Source: Piedraia hortae CBS 480.64
Lineage: Eukaryota
Direction: 5' to 3'
NCBI GenBank assembly: GCA_010093745.1
Contig: MU005963.1
Coordinates: forward strand, 268,217-332,216
Length of the DNA: 64,000 nt
The translations under genes and the position numbers were made by a program. Below the pieces are notes generated by a model. It had not been told where the DNA came from and made no database searches. It saw only the letters and a program-made list of their open reading frames with translations. The stretch's first letter is position 1; the number at the start of each line of letters is the position of its first letter. Positions 56,004 to 64,000 of this stretch are shown piece after piece.

Positions 56004-59000
56004 TCACAGACGAAGAACTTGACCGACTGTACATTGCCAGTTTGTCTCTTGACCCATAAACTCCACGAGCTGTGCGAGCATGTCCAAAGCACGGCGCGCC
56101 TCGCCGATGCTGAGGTGCTCTGCGTCCCAGCTCAGCGAGAGGCAAACGGACTTCTTATCCTCGGCCAGGAAGCCGGTGATAGTCAGCCCGTTGTCCATCC
56201 GCGTGAGCATCTCCTGCATGAGGAGACCCTTGGGATTGGCAGTCGCGTTGGGCGCCGTGGGAAGCCAATTGAAGCTTTGCCGGCGGATGAGCGAGAGGAT
56301 GCTATCTGCATCCCTTTCCCGCTCGGCAAAGGTGCGCGTGTCGTCTGCACTGAGGGGGTCCCGCAGGCGGTCGACAATACGGAAGAATGGGGTATGAACA
56401 AAGGACGAGTTCAGCTCTTCGTCACGCGTGACAAATTGCATGAACGAGGTTACACTCTGTGCGGCGGTGACGGGGATGCGATCAAGCACGTATTCTGTGG
56501 TGCACCCGGAAATGTCCAACGGGTTTCCTCCACCAAATTCAGCCTTCTCGACCGAGCTGTAGTCTGAGGCGAACGGCCATGTACGCGCGGCGTTAATGGT
56601 CCCGAAGATTGCCTCGTGTCCACCCGTCAATTTAACATTGAGGAGCGCAATGGCTGCCTTGACAAGCATAAAGACGGGCACGTTGTAATCCTTCTTGAGA
56701 CGGGCCAGCGATTCGACCGGCACGAGCTTGCGAACGCCTTTCTGCGCCTCACGCTTCTCTGCCATGGGTATAGTCCTTTCGCCCGGCCGCGCTGCGGCAC
56801 CATTCCAACGTCGCCAACCGTAATCCACACCCTTGAACCACTCCGGAGCACGCTGCGGTGGCCAGAGTTCTTTCTCAGAGACCGATCCGATTCCACGCAG
56901 TTTCTTGGTCCAGTACTCAACACCATTGTCCGCCTCTGGTCCATTGCGATGCTCGTAAAAGGCATTCGCATAGTCCCTAAAAAGAACATGAGGCACAGGA
57001 GTGCTCTCACCCGTCAAAAGTGCTGCAACATCGTCGAGCCACAGCTTGGTCATGCTGGCATCGTTTGTCGAATGAGAACCGACAAAAATAAGTCCAGACG
57101 TGTCGTCCTCGCGGCAACGAGCAATGTGAATACGGACCATTGGGCCGGGCATGGATGCGCAATCGAGCTCGGGATGGTCAAGGAGCAACGTCCTCAGATC
57201 TTCACGGGTTGCAACCTCGTGTCCGCTGGTAAATGCGGTGCTCAGCCAGCGCTCGCCGTTGCGCACAGGCACAAGCAGCGTGTCTTCACCGTCTTTCATG
57301 GCCATCGAGCGAAGAGTAGGATGGTGAGACAGAGATTCCATGACAGCCGCTTCCAGACGACGAACGGGGACGGGTGCATGCCAGCTGAAGCGCAAGTTCC
57401 AGGCGCTTGGACGGCTTGGATGGCAAAAGATGGCATCCCAATCCGGGAGAGGAAAGACGTCCTCCACGTCCTCCCAGCGCAACCCATGCTTCTCCAGCGT
57501 GGTCGTTACCAAAGAGCGCGTGGCCTCGAAACGGCTTTCGTCCCCGTGTAGATAGGGCATTTCAGTTATTGTGGGTGGTCCAATGCGTTGAGGACGGGCA
57601 ACACGAGCGTTGGCAGAGGGCTTAGAGTCGATGAGATCTGACTGGTCCTGAATGGTATCGCAACGCTTAAAATCCTCTACGGTAACGTCCTTGCCGAGCT
57701 GCTTCTTGACGACGCTCGACAGTTGCATCATCATAAGTGAATCGGAAAAGGTTTGGATGCCTGAAGCCGGTTGTAGCCCAGAAGTGCCGCTGATGCGCTC
57801 CCAAATCTGGATGAGGGAGTCGACGGTAGAAGCGGCATCAGTCGGAGCCTCCTCGAGCGCACGCACATGCTGCTTAACAGACTCTCGCAGGTCAACCTTA
57901 CGCACCTTGCCTGATGCAGTCTTAGGGAAGTCTTGCAGGCCCAAATCGCTCAGGTTGAGAATCAGCTTGGGGGCGAATGCAGGTCCTAGGTCGTCGGAAG
58001 TGCCACGCTTGAGTTCAGCAAAGTCGACAGCAGCATTGGTGGTGACGATGGCAATGGGAACCTCACCGGCCATCTCGTCAGCCAAGCCCACGACCTGAGC
58101 CTCAGCCACGCCCGGCTGACGCTGCAAATAATCCTCGATGCTAGCTGGAGAGATGTTCTCACCGCCGCGAATGATCATGTCCTTATAGCGTCCGCTAATA
58201 CGGACAGCGCCATCATCGTCCATGACGGCCTGGTCACCGGTCACCGTCCATCTGATGCCTTCCTCGTCGACGTAAAAGTTGTCGCTGGACACGTTGGGAT
58301 CGGCATAACCGTGAATGACCTGGGGCCCACCGCAGTGCAGCTCACCAACCGTGCCACGAGGCACCGGGGAACGAGATTCAGGCTCGCACACCTTGACGCG
58401 AGTGCCGCGAACGGGTTTGCCCGAGTACACCTCGCCGTGGCGCACAACAGCCTTACTGCCATCAGGCCAGATCAGAGTGTTTGGGCTTTCTGTCATGCCG
58501 TAACTGGAGTAGGCGGGACGCTTCATCATGCTGATACAGGCGTCCAGAACAGAGGGAAGGACACCGGCACCGCTGACATCCACGCACACGAGAGAGCTGA
58601 GATCTGCGTGTGTAAAATAGGGATGGGCCATCATAGCCTGGGCTGTGGTTGGGACAAGGCTCATATGAGTGGCATGGAAGCGTTCAAAGCACTCGAGCGA
58701 TGCCTGAGCTTCATAGTTGTAAGAAGGCAGGACAACGGTGCCGCCGGCCAGCCAAAAAGCAAGCGACCAGCCAACGCCATACGAGTGGAAATTGGGCAAG
58801 TGTTGAACCAGACGATGACTTGGAACGAGGCCGCGGGCTTCGACGTTGCCCAAAGCTGCATTTACGCACATGAAGCTGGACAGATGGCACGGCTTCGGTA
58901 GAGATGTGGTGCCACTGGTGAAAAGAATGAGGATTGTGTCATCTGCACCTACGACATCAGGTGTGTCTGGAGGCGTTACGTCTTCAGGGAGGACACTGGA

Positions 59001-59525
59001 CAGAGACGACCAGTCGGACAGCTCCCCTTCAGCGAGCAAATGCAAAGGCACCTTATCTAGCGCGTCTGAAAGGCTGTCCTGGAGCTGGGAAGCGACTGTG
59101 GCATCTGCAGCCAAGATGACCGCCGGTTGCGTCATCTTAAACATGTGCGCGATCTCATCCCGGCGGCTAGCGGTTTTGGGGTTGATCGGGACCAGCGGCG
59201 AGTGCAGATATGCGGCAGTCCAGAAGAAGAGGGCCCATTCGACCTGTGTGTTGACCAACGTCACGATCGGCCGGCGTTCAATATGCGCGCACCTATTGAG
59301 TGCGGTCGCGAGACGTCGGGCAGCGCGATCGAGGTCTGAATAGCTCCATCGCAGGCAGTCAAATTGCTCATGGGGGGTGCCTAGCCATTTGTAGGTTGCG
59401 GCATCTTGATGACGGGCGATCAGAGCAGGGGCATGCGGCTGGGCGGCAACGCGATCCTGCCAAATCTGAAGATGAGAGAGGTTGGTGGATTGAATGGCCG
59501 GGCCCACGGCCACGGAGTCATGCAT
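56004..59525 (-). CDS. Single-module NRPS-like enzyme, A-T-C (acyl/aryl-CoA-ligase-type adenylation, carrier, condensation domain)
   Basis: A domain: 'FTSGTTSLPK', 'LPNFHSYG', 'YGMTE', 'TGD', 'GRYKDMIIRGGENI', 'PKTASGKV'. T domain: 'FSDSLMMMQL'. C domain: 'VEDVFP', 'HPTLRS', 'SHSTNDAS', 'FRDYA', 'AIFGTINAAR'. Confidence 0.88.
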   Translation of the reverse strand: MHDSVAVGPAIQSTNLSHLQIWQDRVAAQPHAPALIARHQDAATYKWLGTPHEQFDCLRWSYSDLDRAARRLATALNRCAHIERRPIVTLVNTQVEWALFFWTAAYLHSPLVPINPKTASRRDEIAHMFKMTQPAVILAADATVASQLQDSLSDALDKVPLHLLAEGELSDWSSLSSVLPEDVTPPDTPDVVGADDTILILFTSGTTSLPKPCHLSSFMCVNAALGNVEARGLVPSHRLVQHLPNFHSYGVGWSLAFWLAGGTVVLPSYNYEAQASLECFERFHATHMSLVPTTAQAMMAHPYFTHADLSSLVCVDVSGAGVLPSVLDACISMMKRPAYSSYGMTESPNTLIWPDGSKAVVRHGEVYSGKPVRGTRVKVCEPESRSPVPRGTVGELHCGGPQVIHGYADPNVSSDNFYVDEEGIRWTVTGDQAVMDDDGAVRISGRYKDMIIRGGENISPASIEDYLQRQPGVAEAQVVGLADEMAGEVPIAIVTTNAAVDFAELKRGTSDDLGPAFAPKLILNLSDLGLQDFPKTASGKVRKVDLRESVKQHVRALEEAPTDAASTVDSLIQIWERISGTSGLQPASGIQTFSDSLMMMQLSSVVKKQLGKDVTVEDFKRCDTIQDQSDLIDSKPSANARVARPQRIGPPTITEMPYLHGDESRFEATRSLVTTTLEKHGLRWEDVEDVFPLPDWDAIFCHPSRPSAWNLRFSWHAPVPVRRLEAAVMESLSHHPTLRSMAMKDGEDTLLVPVRNGERWLSTAFTSGHEVATREDLRTLLLDHPELDCASMPGPMVRIHIARCREDDTSGLIFVGSHSTNDASMTKLWLDDVAALLTGESTPVPHVLFRDYANAFYEHRNGPEADNGVEYWTKKLRGIGSVSEKELWPPQRAPEWFKGVDYGWRRWNGAAARPGERTIPMAEKREAQKGVRKLVPVESLARLKKDYNVPVFMLVKAAIALLNVKLTGGHEAIFGTINAARTWPFASDYSSVEKAEFGGGNPLDISGCTTEYVLDRIPVTAAQSVTSFMQFVTRDEELNSSFVHTPFFRIVDRLRDPLSADDTRTFAERERDADSILSLIRRQSFNWLPTAPNATANPKGLLMQEMLTRMDNGLTITGFLAEDKKSVCLSLSWDAEHLSIGEARRALDMLAQLVEFMGQETNWQCTVGQVLRL

Positions 59526-60424
59526 GGTCGGAATGTCGGAGTGGTGGGGATGTCGAAGAAATATCAACGACAAGCGACAGCAAAATGTCGGCACTGTCCG
59601 GCAAAGCTAATGAAGGTGACGACACAAACGCGGAGGCAACTCAGGGGATGAAGTAGAATGGGATCTGTTATGCCCCTTCTATCTTTAATCAGCCTGGCAG
59701 GGATGTTTGCGCGAGAGCAGCTGTCGGAAGGGGGCGTTTCGGGGGCGATATACGCTTTAGGTTTTGAGCAAGAGTGGCAGCCCGCGGCTTCGTGTCGGCA
59801 CTGGAATTTGTGTGCCCTCTTCTTTCTAAAATTTTTAAAACCCTCCAAAATCCAACACTCGCATATGGCGCATTGGCGGGATTGGCCCAGGGTCGCGGGA
59901 GCGGAGCGGGACACCTCCGGCCCTGACGCAGGTACTGAGGCCAACCCATGTCCGATTGGCTGGTAATAATAACATTCTCGTGTGCATTCCTCGTGTAGAG
60001 ATTGACGCACAAAGTGTGAAAGTCTCTGCCGTACTCGTGACGTAGATCTTTCGCGAGCTTGTGTCCAAGACTGTGGCCGATGCTCGTTTACCGTTCAGCT
60101 CGCAGCTGCAGCTTTATCTTTTGCTGACCCGGACACTGTCCTGGCCCAGGCGAGAATTAGTCGGGCTCCAGACGAGAGTCAATCGGCTGCACCGAAGCTT
60201 CCACGCCGGGTTCTACACATTAAAAACCTGTCCATCTCCACCACGCCAACCACGTGTCGACGCCCGATGGACCTGTAAGACTGTGCAGACCCAACGGCCA
60301 CATCCCTGTCATCGTCATCAGCTATTAAAAGATTTACGTACCACGTGACTTTGCACCTCACTTCATTTTACCGCAACCGTCCGGACGCGCCGCCCGACGC
60401 GCGACGAGCTCGGTCACGGCCAGT

Positions 60425-61840
60425 ATGGAGCCCTTCATGGCCACGGTCCACTCGCACGACTCGAGGAATTCGTTGTATCGTCCAGCTGGTCGTCCGGGCA
60501 CAGGCGACACATGGACCGGTTTCCGTCCGTTGGAGGAGCGGCCCTCCCAGCTATCCTTGGAAGTGCCGCAGATGTCTCCGCCATCGTCGCCCAAGTATTC
60601 GCCAGTTGGACAGCCGCCGCCGTCGGGTCCTCCCAAACCCGCTCCACCTCCGGACGGCGGCCTAACGGCATGGTTGCAGGTGCTTGGCGGATTTTTTCTC
60701 TTCTTCAACACCTGGGGTATGATCAATGCTTTTGGCGTCTTCCAGGCATTTTACCAGGAGAAGCTGCTGTCCAACATGACCAGCTCAACCATATCTTGGA
60801 TCGGCACCATTACTAGCTTCCTTCTGTGCGCCAGCCCGATATCTTGGGGACCCGTTTTCGACAGAGGGAACCCACGAGTCTTGGTTCTCATTGGATCCAC
60901 TTGCGTTGTTCTCGGTGTTATGATGACCAGTCTTTGCCATGAGTACTGGCAGTTGATTCTTGCCCAGGGAGCTCTGGTCGGGGTCGGCGGAGGCTGCTTA
61001 TTCATCACTGCAACATCCATCTTGCCTAGTTATTTTGCCAAGAAGCGAGCCCTCGTCATGGGAATTGCTGCTTCGGGCAGCTCTCTCGGTGGCATCGTTT
61101 ATCCGCTTGCCTTTCACGGCCTCGAGGGGCGTATCGGGTTTGGATGGACCGTACGACTCATCGGCCTGATTGCAATGGTCACTCTCTCAATTCCATGTCT
61201 GGTTATCCGACCGCGTGCACGTCCGCCCGGTAGACGTCGCATATTTGACACAACGATTCTGAAAGAGGTGCCGTTCGAGGTGCTCAACGTGGCCACCTTC
61301 TTCGGCTTTGTGGGCCAGTACATTCCTTTCTTCTTCATGGAGCCCTACGCCGCAACTCACGGCATGTCAAACCCGTTCTACATGCTCATCTTCCTCAACG
61401 CCGGCTCGCTGCCGGGCCGCATTGTTCCGTCGCTGCTCGCCGACAAGCTTTTTCACCCGCTGCACGTTCTTGCCGTTTGCACGGGCGCCGCAACGTGTCT
61501 CGCGTTCTGTTGGACAGCCATCCAACATAGTACAACTGGCCTGATAGTGTGGTGTTTGTTGTACGGCTTTTTCTCGGGAGCCTTTGTCAGTCTCCAAGGC
61601 GCAGCCGTGGCGTCCATGACGACAGATATGCGAACAATCGGCACTCGCTTCGGCATTAACATGTTCGCAGGTGCTCTGGGCATACTGATAGGCTCGCCCG
61701 TTGGAGGAGCCATATTTCCAACGTCGTGGGCCGGCGCACAGCTGTTTTGTGGCTTTACCTTGATGTGCTCCACTCTTGCCATTTTGGGCACGTGGTTCGC
61801 TTACAAACACGACGAACATCGCGGCAGAAGAAAAGGCTAG
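60425..61840 (+). CDS. MFS transporter, monocarboxylate porter (MCT/Mch) family
   Basis: 'PPPDGGLTAWLQVLGGF...NTWG..NAFGVFQ', 'YWQLILAQG', 'YFAKKRALVMGIAASGSSLGG', 'GFGWTVR'; about 12 TMs. Confidence 0.93.
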   Translation: MEPFMATVHSHDSRNSLYRPAGRPGTGDTWTGFRPLEERPSQLSLEVPQMSPPSSPKYSPVGQPPPSGPPKPAPPPDGGLTAWLQVLGGFFLFFNTWGMINAFGVFQAFYQEKLLSNMTSSTISWIGTITSFLLCASPISWGPVFDRGNPRVLVLIGSTCVVLGVMMTSLCHEYWQLILAQGALVGVGGGCLFITATSILPSYFAKKRALVMGIAASGSSLGGIVYPLAFHGLEGRIGFGWTVRLIGLIAMVTLSIPCLVIRPRARPPGRRRIFDTTILKEVPFEVLNVATFFGFVGQYIPFFFMEPYAATHGMSNPFYMLIFLNAGSLPGRIVPSLLADKLFHPLHVLAVCTGAATCLAFCWTAIQHSTTGLIVWCLLYGFFSGAFVSLQGAAVASMTTDMRTIGTRFGINMFAGALGILIGSPVGGAIFPTSWAGAQLFCGFTLMCSTLAILGTWFAYKHDEHRGRRKG

Positions 61841-62312
61841 CAATTTGGCATCGCTCCCTTGTACGACATTTTGCTTTGTCTGGAATGGACTGTCTTCGTG
61901 GGCAGACAGAGCAGCTGATTGGCCGAGGCGTAGAGCCCTAACCAATGATAGGCGGCGACTAAGTTGGGCCTGGCGTGAGTGTGCCAAGAGCCACGGAAAA
62001 GCAGGCCATAGGAAGAACGGGCCACGTCAAGAACGGGCCACAGGAACACAACTTCAACCCCTCCTCGAGGATGTCTACATAACTACTACCACTACTATGC
62101 ATAAATATTTACACTTGAACCCGAACATGCCGACCTCTCCCTCCCGCTAAATTCCGTGGTATATACCCCCTTGTGAACGCCTTTGTTACAAATCCGAAAA
62201 CTGACCCGGTATTCCCCGCCTATGAGATGTCCGTCAGCCTGTCTGTTGTGTCGTTTTCCATCGAACAATTGCAAATCAAAAGGCAAGCGATTTCCAATCA
62301 GCAGCAAGGATA

Positions 62313-62969
62313 TCATACGCGGATCGAATGCCGCGGATAGTCTCCTCCACCAGGCTGAAGAGGGTCTACTGACCTGTAACCGCCCGAGCGTCTGTGAGTT
62401 TTCCTCCTGGGTACCGGTGCACCGCTGACGGAACTTTCGTCCTCGAAAACCTCGACCATGTCATCACCCTCAACCCTCGTCTCGTGCACCGAGTATGCGG
62501 TTGCTTCTCTCGTACGCGATGCTTCCCTCATTATTGGCGTTGGCGGAGCAGCTGCGGCCACCGGCACCGCGGCCGGGGCGGTGGCGTCTCGGACGGTTCT
62601 TATTTGTCGCACGATGCGTTCGGTCCTCGGGGGAGAGCGGTGTCTATGGTGGCGATGGTGGCGACGGTGCTGGCGTCTGGGCCGTGATCGCGACCGAGAC
62701 CGTGATCGAGACCGCTCCCGCCGAACGTAGAGTTCTTCCTCCTCCGTCCCGCCCGAGTTGCGGGAGTTGGTAAGCTGCCAGAAGAGCCATACAAGGAACA
62801 GAAAAGCGAGGATGCTGCCCAGCACGATGCCCGCAACGGCACCCGGCGCTGGACTCGAATTGGAACCGATATAGGTTGTCGGCACGGCACCTTGTTGCTG
62901 CGTCTGCGTTTGTTGGTTGCTGGTGGAGGTAGACGATGAAGACCCGCCTTGTTGCGGAAGAGCGGGCAT
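62313..62969 (-). CDS. Hypothetical single-pass membrane protein with RS/His-rich cytoplasmic part
   Basis: 'PGAVAGIVLGSILAFLFLVWLF' TM followed by 'RSRSRSRSRSRP' and 'VEGDDMVEVFEDESS'. Confidence 0.75.
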   Translation of the reverse strand: MPALPQQGGSSSSTSTSNQQTQTQQQGAVPTTYIGSNSSPAPGAVAGIVLGSILAFLFLVWLFWQLTNSRNSGGTEEEELYVRRERSRSRSRSRSRPRRQHRRHHRHHRHRSPPRTERIVRQIRTVRDATAPAAVPVAAAAPPTPIMREASRTREATAYSVHETRVEGDDMVEVFEDESSVSGAPVPRRKTHRRSGGYRSVDPLQPGGGDYPRHSIRV

Positions 62970-63460
62970 GGCGACGAAGAGAAGCGCAACAACGAACGAA
63001 TGTTGGAAGTATGTATGTGATGCAAGAAGTTTAAATGGCTATGCCATGCAAAGAGAGAAATTCTGGGGACCTCGTCGGGCGTGGCTGGCCGGTGGCGGGG
63101 GAGTGGGCTTCACCACGTCATCCGCTTATCCGTTCGTTGTTGGGGAAATGAGTGATTACATAAGGTTTCATGGGAAATGTCAAGACGATAACGTCTTACC
63201 AGTTGTGCAATTTGATTAGATTGAGTAACTGTCAACGTAAAGTGTTTTGTTGTTTATGTCTTCTCATTGTAGTCTCCTAAACCTCGAACAACAGTCAATG
63301 GTCATGTTGACCCTGACGCTATCTGCAGTGTTGAAGAAGCCTCCATATCTATCCACTCGTGGGTTATTCAAAACCCACTGGAGAGTGTTCTTGGCCATGC
63401 GCAGCTGTAGTTAACTATCCAGGAATTGTTTATTCCAGTGCACACTCATCTGTCGACCAT

Positions 63461-64000
63461 CTATAACAGCGTATCACCAAGAGCACATCGAACAATCGAC
63501 ACACCAGCACTGGTGGTCTCGGCAGCACCGTGTGCCGCCAGTGAGGGATTAACCTCAACCAGATCCAGCGCAACAAGGCTGCCTGATTCATGGACGTACT
63601 CGGCAATGAAATCTCCCTCACGCAATGTGAGGCCCCCACGGACAGCCGTGCCGGTGCTTGGGGCCCAGATGGGGTCTAGAGCATCGATATCGAAGCTGAG
63701 ATGGATCGGTGTATCTCTACCGATCCATCCTAAAGCCATATCCATGACCGTACCAATGCCGTGGCGGTCGACGTCATGCATGCTAAAGGCACGAATGCCG
63801 TGTTCCCGGAGAATAGCCTTTTCACCGCGATCAACGTCTCGGAGACCAATGTAAACGAGCTTCTTGAGATTGATGCGTTGTGCGTCGGTCAGCCAACCAA
63901 ATGGCTTATCTTTTTCTTCCCGTACAAGTCCCGTCAAGAAAGACAGAGGCATTCCATGGACGTTGCCGCTTTCACTGCATTCGGGGGTGTTGATATCAGC
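63461..64000 (-). CDS. CAR1: Arginase, 3' part (5' end lies beyond the window)
   Basis: 'ADINTPE..SGNVHGMPLSFL', 'YIGLRDVD', 'HLSFDIDALDP..APSTGTAVRGGLT.REG', 'DLVEVNP'. Confidence 0.96.
   Translation of the reverse strand, partial: ADINTPECSESGNVHGMPLSFLTGLVREEKDKPFGWLTDAQRINLKKLVYIGLRDVDRGEKAILREHGIRAFSMHDVDRHGIGTVMDMALGWIGRDTPIHLSFDIDALDPIWAPSTGTAVRGGLTLREGDFIAEYVHESGSLVALDLVEVNPSLAAHGAAETTSAGVSIVRCALGDTLL

Noticed and set aside
56004..56015. C-terminal -LRL of the A-T-C enzyme as a peroxisomal signal
   Set aside because: Leu at -3 does not fit the PTS1 consensus.
1..64000. CRISPR arrays, rRNA, snRNA, TPP riboswitch, intact transposons
   Set aside because: No repeat-spacer structure or recognisable conserved cores seen by eye; a covariance-model scan would be needed to exclude small ncRNAs.

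Overview
Gene-dense, compact filamentous-ascomycete genomic DNA with short (44-79 nt) GT-AG introns and tiny intergenic spacers; a Dothideomycete origin is my inference only. Most of the window is housekeeping genes: NEDD8/Rub1, proteasome beta5, a mitochondrial carrier, NAD-GDH, a CAK-like kinase, ADE2, ValRS, ATG9, TUL1/DSC1, tRNA-Cys(GCA), BUB1, YIH1/IMPACT, fimbrin, stomatin, BFR1, AP-2 sigma, an ammonium transporter, a GPI wall protein, JAC1, SEC18 and a partial arginase. These are interrupted by accessory or decayed patches at about 0.2-2.7, 19.2-27.7, 44.3-46.0, 49.3-50.4 and 51.2-52.4 kb. Four signals stand out. (1) A stand-alone A-T-C NRPS-like enzyme with an acyl/aryl-CoA-ligase-type A domain and a non-canonical SHSTNDA C-domain motif is divergently paired with a monocarboxylate-type MFS transporter, forming an orphan two-gene module. 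(2) ValRS has an AUG-less, in-frame mitochondrial presequence, implying near-cognate initiation. (3) An APH-like kinase and a PD-(D/E)xK-like gene are each broken by exactly one in-frame TGA at the catalytic motif. (4) An unusually long NEDD8 intron folds into a stem joining the 5' splice site to the branch point. All calls come from manual reading and translation; no searches were run.
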